Assembly: GCA_031409275.1 (NCBI GenBank)
Contig: JANNXA010000020.1
Coordinates: 1 to 64,000, forward strand
From: Planctomycetota bacterium
GTDB lineage: Bacteria; Planctomycetota; B15-G4; SIAN01
Reading direction: 5' to 3'
Length of the DNA stretch: 64,000 nt
Below, piece by piece: positions 41,678 through 51,649 of the stretch. A program made the translations under genes and the position numbers. The notes beneath the pieces are model-generated. The model worked only from the letters and a program-made list of their open reading frames with translations, was not told where the DNA came from and did no database searches. Positions within the stretch are counted from its first letter, which is position 1. Each line of letters starts with the position of its first letter.

Positions 41678-43148
41678 GGGGTGCCTCCAGCGGAGAGAGA
41701 TCGAGGGCGAGGCGTTGCTCGAGCGCGCGCGCGATCGCGAGCAGCCGGCCGTCGGCGCCGGTCGGCCCCTGCAGCTGCGCGCCGATCGGCAGACCGCCGC
41801 GGCTCGAACCGCACGGGAACGACAGCGCCGGGAGGCCGGCGAGCGGCGCCGGCGCGGTGAAGACGTCGCACAGGTACATCTGCACCGGATCGCTCGACTT
41901 CTCGCCGAGCGGGAAGGCGGGTGTCGGCGTGGTCGGGCCGAGCAGCACATCGCACTGCCCGAAGGCCTGCGCGAACTCGCGGCCGATGCATTGGCGCACC
42001 TGCAGCGCCTTCTTGTAGTAGGCGTCGAAGTAGCCGGCGGACAGCGCGTAGGTGCCGAGCATGATGCGGCGCTTCACCTCGTCGCCGAAGCCGCTGCCGC
42101 GGGTGGCGCCGTACATGTGATTCAGGTCGCCCGCTTCGCGCCGCGGGCCGTAGCGCACACCGTCGAGGCGCGCGAGGTTGCTCGACGCTTCGGAAGTGAC
42201 CACGAGGTAGTAGGTCGGGATCGCGTACTGCGTCAGCGGCAGGGAAACGGGGACGAGTCGCGCCCCGGCCGCCACCGCGAGCTGCTCGACGCGCGCGACC
42301 GCGGCGCGCACCTCGGGGTCGAGGCCGTCGGCGTGGTACTCGGCCGGAATGCCGATGCGCAGGCCCGTCAGCGCGTCGCCTGCGGCGGGGCCACGAAACG
42401 GCCCGGGTCGCGACGTCGAGTCGCGTTCGTCGTGGCCGCCGATCACTTCCATCAGCAGCGTGCAGTCGTCGACGTTCAGCGCGAGCGGTCCGACTTGATC
42501 GAGCGACGAAGCGAAGGCGACGAGCCCGTAGCGGGAGACGGCGCCGTAGGTGGGGCGCAAGCCGACGAGGCCGCACAGCGCCGCGGGTTGCCGCACCGAG
42601 CCGCCGGTGTCGGAGCCGAGCGCGAGCGGCGCAAGGCCGGCGGCGACCGCGGCCGCCGAGCCTCCGCTCGACCCGCCCGGAACGCGCTTCAGGTCATGCG
42701 GGTTGCGCGACGGCCCGAAGCCGGAGTTCTCGGTCGACGCGCCCATCGCGAACTCGTCGAGATTCGTCTTCCCGAGCACGATCGCGCCGGCCGCGCGCAG
42801 CCGCGCGACGACGGTGGCGTCATAGGGCGGGACGTACCCCGCGAGGATCTTCGAGGCGCAGGTCGTGGGCTGGCCGAGCGTGCAGAGGTTGTCCTTGACC
42901 GCGACCGGGACCCCGAGCAGAGCGCCGCTCTTGTCGCCGCTGGCGATGCGAGCGTCGACGGCGTCGGCCTCCGCGCGCACCGCGGCCGGATCGACGTGGA
43001 GGAAAGCGTGCACGGCTGGATCGTGGCGCTCGACGCGGGCGAGGTAGTAGTCGGCGACGGCGCGCGCGCGCAGGCTGCCGTCACGCACCGCGGCGGCGAT
43101 GGCGCGCGCGGAGCGGCTCCAGGGGGGCGGTGTCGAAGTGGGGGCCAT
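41667..43148 (-). CDS. gatA: Asp/Glu-tRNA amidotransferase subunit A
   Basis: KTNLDEFAMG, GGSSGGSA, SDTGGSVRQPA, EVKRRIMLGTY. Confidence 0.97.
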
Positions 43149-43159
43149 CGGGAGCTCCT

Positions 43160-43441
43160 TCACTCGAGCACGCGCGGGACGCGGATGAAGTCGCCGTCGG
43201 CGCCGGCCGAGCGCTGCACGAGTCCCGGGGCGGCCGCGAACGGTTCGGCCACATCGGGGCGCAGCGGACCGCGCAGGTCGCGCGGGTGGGAAGCGGGCGG
43301 GACCCCGTCCGTCTTCACCTCGGCAAGCTTCTGGAAGTAGCCAAGGATCGCCGTGAGCTGCGTCGCGAAGCGGTGGAGCTCCGTCTCGGCAAGGTCGAGG
43401 CGCGCGAGGGCGGCGATCTTCTGCGCTTCACGGACGTCCAT
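43160..43441 (-). CDS. gatC: Asp/Glu-tRNA amidotransferase subunit C
   Basis: IAALARL, LRPD, FIRVPRV; first gene of the gatCAB operon. Confidence 0.9.
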   Translation of the reverse strand: MDVREAQKIAALARLDLAETELHRFATQLTAILGYFQKLAEVKTDGVPPASHPRDLRGPLRPDVAEPFAAAPGLVQRSAGADGDFIRVPRVLE

Positions 43442-43626
43442 CCGATCTCCTTCTGCCAGCCGGCGAAGGCCGCCAACGTAGCGCCTCGGCCCGGGCGATG
43501 AAGCGTCAGCCCGCCTCCCCAACCGCGCCGGCAGCGCTTCAGCGGGTGGTGGTCGCGGCGTACCGGCGTTATGTTCCGCCGCCGTCGGCGCTGCAGGAAC
43601 ACCCGCGCTCGGCAGAAGGTTTGGGG

Positions 43627-44217
43627 ATGCTCGAACGGCTCAACCCCACGGTCATCGGCTGCGCTCTGAACGTCGTCGGGCTCTTTTTCCTGGCCTCGGC
43701 GATCTCGTTCAAGCGGCCGCGGCGCCAGATCGAAGAACTGCTCGGCATCGAGCGGCCGCGGTCGCTGCTGGCCGTGCGCGAGCATCTGGTCAACCAGATC
43801 CAGACCTACCTGGGATTCGGGATCCTGGTGATCGGCTTCGTGCTGCTGATGGGGGAGGCGCTCGAACGGAGCCGCCCACCGTCGCAGCACGGTGAAGATC
43901 CACACCTCGTCTGGATCGTCGCTCTGCTGGTCGCCGCCACGCTCGGCACGACCGTCGCGCTCAAGCTGATCAAGGAAGGCTACGTCCGCTCCAAGTTCCG
44001 TCGCCTCCTTCGGGAGGTGGTGCGCGACTCGAAGTTCAATCTCGAGAAGAATGCCCAGCTCTCGGTCCACATCGGCGAGCTCCTGCACATCCCCAAAGAG
44101 CCCGATCAGTCGGTGGCCGAGTACATCGTCAAGGTGCGTGCGGCGCTCGGCATTCCGTCGGCACCCGCCGGGGGCCCCTCGAGTGGCATCGGACTGGGGC
44201 GCGGCCTCACGAAGTAG
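43627..44217 (+). CDS. Hypothetical membrane protein (3 TM helices)
   Basis: Three hydrophobic helices; coding-like GC3 pattern. Confidence 0.7.
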   Translation: MLERLNPTVIGCALNVVGLFFLASAISFKRPRRQIEELLGIERPRSLLAVREHLVNQIQTYLGFGILVIGFVLLMGEALERSRPPSQHGEDPHLVWIVALLVAATLGTTVALKLIKEGYVRSKFRRLLREVVRDSKFNLEKNAQLSVHIGELLHIPKEPDQSVAEYIVKVRAALGIPSAPAGGPSSGIGLGRGLTK

Positions 44218-44267
44218 GGCGAGGGGCGCCGCGTCACCTCGACGAGCGGGCGACGTCGATCGCGCCG

Positions 44268-44975
44268 ATGCTTGCTGCCGTTCTCCGCAAAGTCCGGATC
44301 GCCGCCCGTGAAGAGGCGCGCGCGCTGCTGTTCCCGCGCAGCTGCTTCGCCTGCGATCGGCCGTTTCACCGCGACGGCTGGCCGACGGGCCTCTGTCCGG
44401 TTTGCATCGCGCAGCTGCCCTGGCGCGCGCCCGGCGCGGATCCGCGCTCGGCGCCGCTCGAGGTGGGCCACCGCCACTTCGCGGCCGTCGTCGTGGCATT
44501 TCGGTACGCCGCGCCCGTCGACGAACTGGTGCTGCGCCTCAAGTACGGAGGACGAGCCGTCGCGGCAAGGCCGCTCGCCGAGTCACTCGCCCACGCGTTC
44601 ACCCATGCCGGCGCGATCGAGCGGCCGCAGTGGCTGGTCCCCGTCCCGATGCATCCGCTGAAACGGTGGGTGCGCGGCTACGACCATGCGGCGGAGCTGG
44701 CCGAGGAACTCGGAGCGGCGCTCGGGCTGCCCGTCCGCTCCGCGCTCCGCCGTCGCCGTCCGACGGTGGCGCAGGGCGGGGCGGGGTCACTGCGTCAACG
44801 GATGGCGCAAGTCCACGGGGCCTTCGCCGCCGTCGGGCGAGCGTGCCACGGCGCGCACCTCGGTCTCGTCGATGACGTGGTCACGTCCGGCGCGACGGCA
44901 GCTGCGGCGGCACGCGCACTGCGAATCGCAGGCGCGCGTGCCGTGACGTTGCTGGCGGTGGCGGGGAACGGATGA
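44268..44975 (+). CDS. comF: ComF family protein (double zinc ribbon + phosphoribosyltransferase)
   Basis: LFPRSCFAC...LCPVC, LKY, PVPMH, RGY, LVDDVVTSGAT. Confidence 0.9.
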   Translation: MLAAVLRKVRIAAREEARALLFPRSCFACDRPFHRDGWPTGLCPVCIAQLPWRAPGADPRSAPLEVGHRHFAAVVVAFRYAAPVDELVLRLKYGGRAVAARPLAESLAHAFTHAGAIERPQWLVPVPMHPLKRWVRGYDHAAELAEELGAALGLPVRSALRRRRPTVAQGGAGSLRQRMAQVHGAFAAVGRACHGAHLGLVDDVVTSGATAAAAARALRIAGARAVTLLAVAGNG

Positions 44976-45007
44976 GCGCGGACTCGACCCGGGCTCAGTT
45001 CCCGGGC

Positions 45008-45730
45008 TCAGTTGCTGCCGCGGGCCTCTTCGCGCAGCAGGCGCAGGTCGCGCACGAACTGCCCGATCGCCTTGCGGTCCTCGTCGAGGATCGAGCCGAA
45101 GTCAGCGGTCACCCGGATCCCTTCCTTCGTCTTCTCGGTCGAACGGATCGTGCACGGGAAGTCGAAGTAGTAGGCGCGCATGAAGAGCGGGAGGCGAAAC
45201 TTCGCCTTGATCTCGGCACCGGCGGGGAAATGGGACGCCTCGCCGCCGCACAGGAACGTGATCGAGTTCTCTTCGAGCGCCGCCATCTTCGCCATGCCGC
45301 CGAGCGCGGTGTACTTCTTGTGCAGCGCGGCGTCCGTGAAGCGGACGAGGACGGCGTTCTCGGCCGGGACGTCGACCTGTTCGTTGCTGGTCGCGCGCAG
45401 CGCCTTCACCGCCTCATCGTCGCTGGTGAAGCTCTTGATGAGCTGGGCGAGGCCAAGCAGGTCCATCGTCTCCTTGACGCGCGCGCTCGGCTCCGAGAAG
45501 ACGAGGTCGCCGCCGAGGCCGCGCACGCGCTTGCGCGCCTTGATGAGGCTGCCGACGGCCGTCGAGTTGATGAAAAGGACGAGCCGGAGATTGATGACGA
45601 CGTGAACGGTCCCCGACTGGACGATCGCCTCCACCTGCTCGAGGAACGGGTTGGCAGCGAACGCGTCGAAGTCGCCGGTCAGGGCGAGCGAGGCGACGCC
45701 TTGGTCGAGCACGGTGCGCTGGATCTTCAT
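45008..45730 (-). CDS. STAS anti-sigma-factor antagonist fused to a PilZ-like beta domain
   Basis: LTGDFD, FINSTAVG, GGDL, L.GL...I in the STAS part; the C-terminal domain ends ...F.SI.DEDRKAIGQFV. Confidence 0.75.
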   Translation of the reverse strand: MKIQRTVLDQGVASLALTGDFDAFAANPFLEQVEAIVQSGTVHVVINLRLVLFINSTAVGSLIKARKRVRGLGGDLVFSEPSARVKETMDLLGLAQLIKSFTSDDEAVKALRATSNEQVDVPAENAVLVRFTDAALHKKYTALGGMAKMAALEENSITFLCGGEASHFPAGAEIKAKFRLPLFMRAYYFDFPCTIRSTEKTKEGIRVTADFGSILDEDRKAIGQFVRDLRLLREEARGSN

Positions 45731-45883
45731 CTCGATCTCCGTGAAGCGGGTGACGCGGCCGGCGTCCAACCGGGGCCGCCATTGTGCCGGGGGGTTGCCC
45801 CCCGTCAAGGAAGCGGGTCGCCCGCGCTAAGCTCCGGCCTCTTCGCGCCTCATCCGGCGTGCTCATCGCGTGGGATTCCTCTC

Positions 45884-47248
45884 CTGCCTCCCTCCCCGTT
45901 CAAGAACCTGCTCTCCAAGTTCGGCCGCAAGGAGACTCCGTCGCCGGCCGCGGCACCGCCGTCGAGCGTCGGCGAGTCCTCCACGTTCCTGACCGGCGAC
46001 GATCGCATCGACAGCCGCAACGTACGCCTGCTGCTCGAGACGATGGCCGACCTGATCTCCGATCACGACCCCGCCGGGCTCGTGCGCAAGATCGTCGAGC
46101 GGGCCATTCGCGCGGTGCGCGCCGAACGCTGCATCCTCCTGCTGCGCGATGGTGGCAACGACCTGCAGGTCGCCGTCGCTCTCGACGACCAGGGGCGCGA
46201 CCTCGGCGCCAACTTCCGCTACTCGAAGTCGCTGGTGCAGAAGGCTCTCGAACAGCATGAGTGCCTGATCCGCAGCATCGGCGACAGCGACGCGCCGGCG
46301 GACCTTTCCGCCTCGGTCGTCGACCTCAAGCTGAGGGCCGTGATGTGCGCCCGGCTCAGCTTCAAGGACGAGGTCACCGGCGTCATCTACGTCGACTCGC
46401 GCGCCAACACGCGCACCTTCACCAGCAAGGATTCGCGCTTCTTCGAGGCGCTTGCGCGCGCCATCTCGATCGTGCTGGAGAACGCGCGCCTGTTGCGTGC
46501 CGCGCTGGAGCGCGAACGCTTGCAGCGCGCCATCGAGCTCGCCCGCGAGGTGCTCGCGAAGTTGCTGCCGAAGGATCCGCTCGGCGTGTCCGGCTTCGAC
46601 ATCGCCGGCTGTTCCGTGCCGGCCGAGACCGCCGCGGGCGACTACTACGACTTCGTCCCATGCCCCGACGGCCGCGTCGGGCTCGTCATCGGCGACGTCA
46701 CCGGACATGGCATCGGCCCGGCGATGGTGATGACCGGGGCACGCTCCGCGCTGCGCATCCTCTTCGACGATCGCGCGCTCGACGAAGCGCAGATCCTCGG
46801 CCGGCTGAACGAACGGCTCTGTGACGACCTCGGCGACGGACGCTTCATGTCGCTGATGCTGGGCCGACTCGACGTGGCGCGCCGCGTCGTGACGTGGGCG
46901 AACGCCGGCCAGAACCCGCCGCTGCTGCTGCGTGCGAACGGCGCCGCGCAGGCGCTTCCCGGAACCGGACTCGCGCTTGGCATCGAGCGCGACATGCACT
47001 ACGCGCTGCAGACGCCAATCGAGCTGGCCTCGGGTGATCTGCTGCTGTGGCTCACCGATGGTCTGGTCGAGGCGCGCAACGCCGCGGGCGAGGAGTTCGG
47101 CGAAGCACGCGTGATCGAGCTGCTGCGCACGCATTCGAAGTTGTCCTCGCGCCAGCTCCTCGCGCAACTGCGGCAGGCCGTGCTGGCGCACGCCGGCGGC
47201 GATCGCCTTGAAGATGACGTGACCCTGCTGCTGGTGCGCGCGCGGTGA
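45884..47248 (+). CDS. GAF + PP2C (SpoIIE/RsbU-type) serine phosphatase
   Basis: GAF GVIYVDSR; AGDYYD, GDVTGHG, NAGQ, TDGLVEA, DDVT. The start codon is uncertain (CTG 45884 assumed). Confidence 0.88.
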   Translation: MPPSPFKNLLSKFGRKETPSPAAAPPSSVGESSTFLTGDDRIDSRNVRLLLETMADLISDHDPAGLVRKIVERAIRAVRAERCILLLRDGGNDLQVAVALDDQGRDLGANFRYSKSLVQKALEQHECLIRSIGDSDAPADLSASVVDLKLRAVMCARLSFKDEVTGVIYVDSRANTRTFTSKDSRFFEALARAISIVLENARLLRAALERERLQRAIELAREVLAKLLPKDPLGVSGFDIAGCSVPAETAAGDYYDFVPCPDGRVGLVIGDVTGHGIGPAMVMTGARSALRILFDDRALDEAQILGRLNERLCDDLGDGRFMSLMLGRLDVARRVVTWANAGQNPPLLLRANGAAQALPGTGLALGIERDMHYALQTPIELASGDLLLWLTDGLVEARNAAGEEFGEARVIELLRTHSKLSSRQLLAQLRQAVLAHAGGDRLEDDVTLLLVRAR

Positions 47249-48633
47249 GCGAGGCGTTCGACCTCGTCGTGCGCGACGTCGTCGTGCCGGCGGCGGCCCT
47301 GTCGCTCGGCAGCGTGCCTGCCGGCACCTTGGCGCGGGTCGATGTCGCGGTGCGGGGCGAGCGGATCGCCGAAGTCGGCCCGGCGCTCGCGAAGGGGCGG
47401 GTCGAATGCGCAGGCGGCGGCGCGCTGCTGCTGCCGGGGCTGATCGACAACCACGTCCACTACCGTGAGCCGGGGGCGACCTGGAAAGAGGGCTACGTCA
47501 CCGGCACCAGCGCGAGTCTGCGTGGCGGCGCGACCACGATCGGCGAGATCCAGAACAACGCGCCGCTGGTCGAGGACGCGGCGCAGTGGCGCGCGAAGGT
47601 GGCGTCGCTGGCGGGTCGCGCGCGCACGCGCGTGCTCGTCTTCGGCTGCGCGACGCGCGCCAACCTCGCGAGCGTGCGCGAACTCGCCACCGTCGCTCCC
47701 GCCATCAAGATCTTCCTCGCGGCCGACAGCGAACTCGAAGTGAGCGAGCGTCCGGCGTTGCTCGCGATCTTTCGCGAGGTGGCAGCCGCGGGCGGGCTGC
47801 TGGTGGTGCACGCGGAGATGGGGCCGTTGGTGCGCGCCGGTCTGGAGCGCTACGGCGACCACGCCGCCGACTTCCATCGCGCGCGCAGCCCCGAGGCGGA
47901 ACGCGTTGCCATCGACCTCTGCAACGAGCTCTGCGCCGAAACGGGCGCACGCGTGCACTACTACCACGTCTCCTCGGCGCTCGCCTGCGAGTCGATCCGC
48001 GCTGCGAAGTCGCGCGGCCTGCCGGTGAGCGGCGCCGCGTGCGCGCACTACCTGCTCTTCTGCGATGAGGATGTCGCCGCGCGCGGGGCGCTGCTCAAGT
48101 GCAACCCGTCGATCAAGACGGCGGCGGATCGCGTCGCGTTGCGGGCGGCGTTGCGCGACGGCACGCTCGACGTGATCCAGAGCGACCACGCCCCGCATCC
48201 GCGCGCCGAGAAGCTCGATCGACCGTTCCGCGCGGCGCCATCGGGGATTCCCGGCGCCGACCTCTTCCTGTCGCTGTGGCTCGAGCTCGTCGACGAGGGC
48301 GTGATCACGCTCGATCAACTCGTCGAGCGCGGCTGCCTGGCGCCCGCGCGGCTCCATCGCCTGGCCGATCGCGGCGCGCTGCGGCCGGGACTCCTGGCCG
48401 ACTTCGTGCTGGTGGAAACGGGTCGCTTCACGGTGACGGAGGAGGAGTTCGCGTCGAAGGCGAAGCAGTCGCCCTATGTCGGGCGCACGGTGAATCGGCG
48501 CGCGGCGAAGGTGTGGATCGGCGGCACGCTCGCGTTCGATCGGTCGCAGCGCGAGGACGTGAGCGCGCTCGACGCGGCCGCGCCGCCACCGCTGGCCACG
48601 TTCGGGGTCGACGGCAAGAGCGGGTGCTGCTGA
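47245..48633 (+). CDS. Dihydroorotase-family cyclic amidohydrolase
   Basis: PGLIDNHVHYREPG, HAE, HVS, KCNP, SDHAPH, APSGIPG. Confidence 0.85.
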   Translation: MSEAFDLVVRDVVVPAAALSLGSVPAGTLARVDVAVRGERIAEVGPALAKGRVECAGGGALLLPGLIDNHVHYREPGATWKEGYVTGTSASLRGGATTIGEIQNNAPLVEDAAQWRAKVASLAGRARTRVLVFGCATRANLASVRELATVAPAIKIFLAADSELEVSERPALLAIFREVAAAGGLLVVHAEMGPLVRAGLERYGDHAADFHRARSPEAERVAIDLCNELCAETGARVHYYHVSSALACESIRAAKSRGLPVSGAACAHYLLFCDEDVAARGALLKCNPSIKTAADRVALRAALRDGTLDVIQSDHAPHPRAEKLDRPFRAAPSGIPGADLFLSLWLELVDEGVITLDQLVERGCLAPARLHRLADRGALRPGLLADFVLVETGRFTVTEEEFASKAKQSPYVGRTVNRRAAKVWIGGTLAFDRSQREDVSALDAAAPPPLATFGVDGKSGCC

Positions 48634-48638
48634 GCGCG

Positions 48639-49079
48639 ATGGCCGCCTGGAGCTACCACGGCCCGAAAGTGACCGTCGACGCGCTGATCGTGCGCGCCGG
48701 CCGCATCCTGCTGATCGAGCGGCGCTTCCCGCCGCCCGGATTCGCGTTGCCGGGCGGCTTCGTCGATGCGGACGAGACGGTCGAGCAGGCCGTCTGCCGC
48801 GAGACGCTCGAGGAGACCGGTCTCGTCGTGACGCGCCTGCGTCAGCTCCATTGCTACTCCGATCCGCGCCGCGACCCGCGCCAGCACACCGCTGGAGTCA
48901 TCTTCGAAGTGGAGTCGAGCGGCGAGCCGAAGGCGGGCGACGACGCGGCAGCCTGCCATTGGTTCGCGCTCGACGCGCTGCCACCGCTGGCGTTCGACCA
49001 CGGAGCGATCGTCGAGGACTTCAAGGCGCGGCGCTACCCGGGTGGTGAGTTCGAGTCGGCTCCGCGGCCGCGTCAGTAG
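48639..49079 (+). CDS. NUDIX hydrolase
   Basis: Nudix box GGFVDADETVEQAVCRETLEETG; RDPR, AGDDA, LAFDH. Confidence 0.92.
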   Translation: MAAWSYHGPKVTVDALIVRAGRILLIERRFPPPGFALPGGFVDADETVEQAVCRETLEETGLVVTRLRQLHCYSDPRRDPRQHTAGVIFEVESSGEPKAGDDAAACHWFALDALPPLAFDHGAIVEDFKARRYPGGEFESAPRPRQ

Positions 49080-51649
49080 CCGAGCGCGTCGAGGTCGAGG
49101 CTGCGCAGCCCGCCCGGCAAAGCGGAATCGGGAAGGCGCAGGCGCCGCAGCTCCTCGAAGTGGCGATCGAGCTGCGTCCGCAGGCGGATGAACTCGGGCC
49201 GTTGGCGCTCGTCGGGCAGCAAGCGCCCCTGTTCGTCCCATTGCACGAGGTTCATCTCCTCGTGCGCGTCGCGCGTCCGGTCGTGCAGAGCGAAGCTCGG
49301 CAGGCGCGGGCGGATCGGCGAGAAGCGCGTCATCTCGATCAGCTTCTGGCCGCCGACGTCGAGCGCGCGCAGTTGTCCGAGGTGGATCTCGTCGAGCTGC
49401 GCCGAATAGGGAAGCGGCGTTTCGATGAGCGCGGGCAGCAAGACGCGACCGCAACCGCCCGGCAGCTCCTGCAGCCCGCACAACGAGAGGAGTGTCGGTG
49501 CGACGTCGGCGAGCGTCACCGGCGCCGTCTCGCGCCGCGCCCCGAGGCCGGGCACTCGCATCAGCAACGGCACGCGCAGCACCTCGTCGTAGAGCGTGCG
49601 GCCGTGGCCGAATCCACCATGCTCGCCGAACTCTTCGCCGTGGTCCGAAAGGACCACGACGATCGTCTGCTCGAGGAGCCCGCCCTCGCGCAGCGTCGCG
49701 AAGAGCGGGGCGAGGGTGCGATCGACCGCGGCGATCGAGGCGTCGTAGCGGCGCCGCAGGTCGGGAAGCTCGTCCGTCGTCGGCGTCCGCTCGTCGCTGT
49801 CGCCCAACGGATCGAAACGGCCCGGGGTGCGCGCCACCTTGTAGAGCTGCGCGAGGTCGGGAGGCGGTCGGTAGTTGTGGACCGCGTAGGTGTGGAGGAA
49901 CAGGAAGAAGGGCATCGCCGCGTGGTCGGCGAGCCAACGTTGCAGCGCCGCCGTGCCGCTCTTCGCCCACAACGCGGCGTTCAGCGCCGGTTCGCCGGGA
50001 TGGGGGACGACCTGTCGCAGCGGCTCGCCGGCATCGAAGAAGGGATCGAGCGTCGACCAGCGGTCGAATCCGCGCCACAGACCGTAGAGCGGCGACAGGA
50101 AACCGCCGCCCGTGAAGGCCGCGGAGACGTAGCCCGCTTCACGAAAGCGATCGATCAGTCGGGTGCAGCTGCCGGCGGCGAGCGTCGAGTCGTAGCGTTC
50201 GACGCCGTGCACCGCCGGATGCATGCCGGTCAGCAGCGTGGCGTGCGAAGGCAGCGTGTAGGGCGCGAGCGCGCGCGCCTCTTCGAAGACGACGGCTTCG
50301 CGCGCGAAGCGATCGAGGATCGGGCTCTGCTCGATCCCGTCGGGACGCTGGCAGCCGTAGGTGCCGAGCCGATCGGGGCGCAGCGTGTCGATGCTGATCA
50401 GGATCACGTTGGGTGGCGCGCCGGTCGGTCGACGCGTCGGCGTCAGCAGCGGCAGTCCGAAGGCGACGAGGTCCTCCGTGGGTCGGCCGCTGCTCGATCG
50501 CGCGGCGAGGACGAGCGTCGCGCGCTCGCCGCTGCCGTTGCCGGAGTGCCGGACGTCATGCCATCCCGCGGTGGCGACGTCGGTGCGCGGGCTGACGGAG
50601 CGGCACGGCAATTCGATCGGCGTGGTCCCGGCCGCGGTTTCGAGGCGCGCGTCGAACTCGACGGCGACGCGGCCGGCCGAGCGGCGCGTCTCTTCCGCCA
50701 CGCCGTAGGCGAAGCGGAGCTCGAAGGGACCTTGGGGCAGCGTCAAGGGCATCCGCACTTCGCTCGGCGGCGGTGCGATCCAGGCAAGCCGCGTCTCGCC
50801 GCCGATCGTCACCTCGCGCTCGTAGTTCGAGCCGCTGCGCCGTTGCGCCTCCGCCAGCGGCGGCAACACGCGCGCGAGCGGAAGCTCGAACAGGGCGAGT
50901 TCGTCGAAGTCGACGGCGGTCGGCGGTCGCGTTGCAACGCTCGGGTCGGCAGGAGCCGTTGCGCTGGAGGGCGAGGCGGCGGGCGCGGCGGCGGGCACGC
51001 CGGCGAAGAGGATGACCAGCACGCTGTTGGTGAGCGCGTGCGTCGTGAAGCGCAGCCGCGCCTCACCGACAGTGCCGTCGACGGGAGCTGCGGCACGCTG
51101 TTCGGCGAGCGGTCGTCCGACCAGGGTTTGCAGTTCCGCGAACGTGACCCCCGTCGTCGGTTTTCCCGTCACTGCGCGCGTGAACTCGACCACCGCGAGC
51201 TCGCCGGCACGCGCGACGCCGCCGTCGTGGCCACCGACGACGCGCGCCTGGACGCGTGCGAGGTAAGGAGCGCCCGGGAGCGCCGGCAGCCACCAGAAGA
51301 CCGCTCCGTCGCGATCCGCGAACCGCAGGCCGCCTTGGCCTCGCTGCGCGGCGGCGGCCTCTCTGGCGACGATCGGCAGCCCCTTGCCGGGCTGGCGCAG
51401 GATCGGCGTGACGGTGAAGTCGAGCTCCGCGTCGTGTTCGAAGTTGCGGACGAACGTCGGGGCAAGTCCCGCTTCCGGTTCGGCTGGGTCGGCACGCCAC
51501 GGCGTCTGCACGGCGACTCTCGCGTCGCCGAGGAGCCGGACCACCGGCGCATCGTGAGTGGGCGCGCGCGTGTCACAGGCGGCGGCGAGGAGCGCAACTC
51601 CCAGAGCGACCGATCGGCAGCGCGGAGCGTTCAATGGGCATCGAGCCAT
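49073..51649 (-). CDS. Sulfatase-like (alkaline phosphatase superfamily) lipoprotein
   Basis: Lipobox AAAC; NVILISIDTLRPD, YTLPSH, SDHGEE..EHG..GHG, ALGY terminus. Confidence 0.88.
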   Translation of the reverse strand: MARCPLNAPRCRSVALGVALLAAACDTRAPTHDAPVVRLLGDARVAVQTPWRADPAEPEAGLAPTFVRNFEHDAELDFTVTPILRQPGKGLPIVAREAAAAQRGQGGLRFADRDGAVFWWLPALPGAPYLARVQARVVGGHDGGVARAGELAVVEFTRAVTGKPTTGVTFAELQTLVGRPLAEQRAAAPVDGTVGEARLRFTTHALTNSVLVILFAGVPAAAPAASPSSATAPADPSVATRPPTAVDFDELALFELPLARVLPPLAEAQRRSGSNYEREVTIGGETRLAWIAPPPSEVRMPLTLPQGPFELRFAYGVAEETRRSAGRVAVEFDARLETAAGTTPIELPCRSVSPRTDVATAGWHDVRHSGNGSGERATLVLAARSSSGRPTEDLVAFGLPLLTPTRRPTGAPPNVILISIDTLRPDRLGTYGCQRPDGIEQSPILDRFAREAVVFEEARALAPYTLPSHATLLTGMHPAVHGVERYDSTLAAGSCTRLIDRFREAGYVSAAFTGGGFLSPLYGLWRGFDRWSTLDPFFDAGEPLRQVVPHPGEPALNAALWAKSGTAALQRWLADHAAMPFFLFLHTYAVHNYRPPPDLAQLYKVARTPGRFDPLGDSDERTPTTDELPDLRRRYDASIAAVDRTLAPLFATLREGGLLEQTIVVVLSDHGEEFGEHGGFGHGRTLYDEVLRVPLLMRVPGLGARRETAPVTLADVAPTLLSLCGLQELPGGCGRVLLPALIETPLPYSAQLDEIHLGQLRALDVGGQKLIEMTRFSPIRPRLPSFALHDRTRDAHEEMNLVQWDEQGRLLPDERQRPEFIRLRTQLDRHFEELRRLRLPDSALPGGLRSLDLDALGY

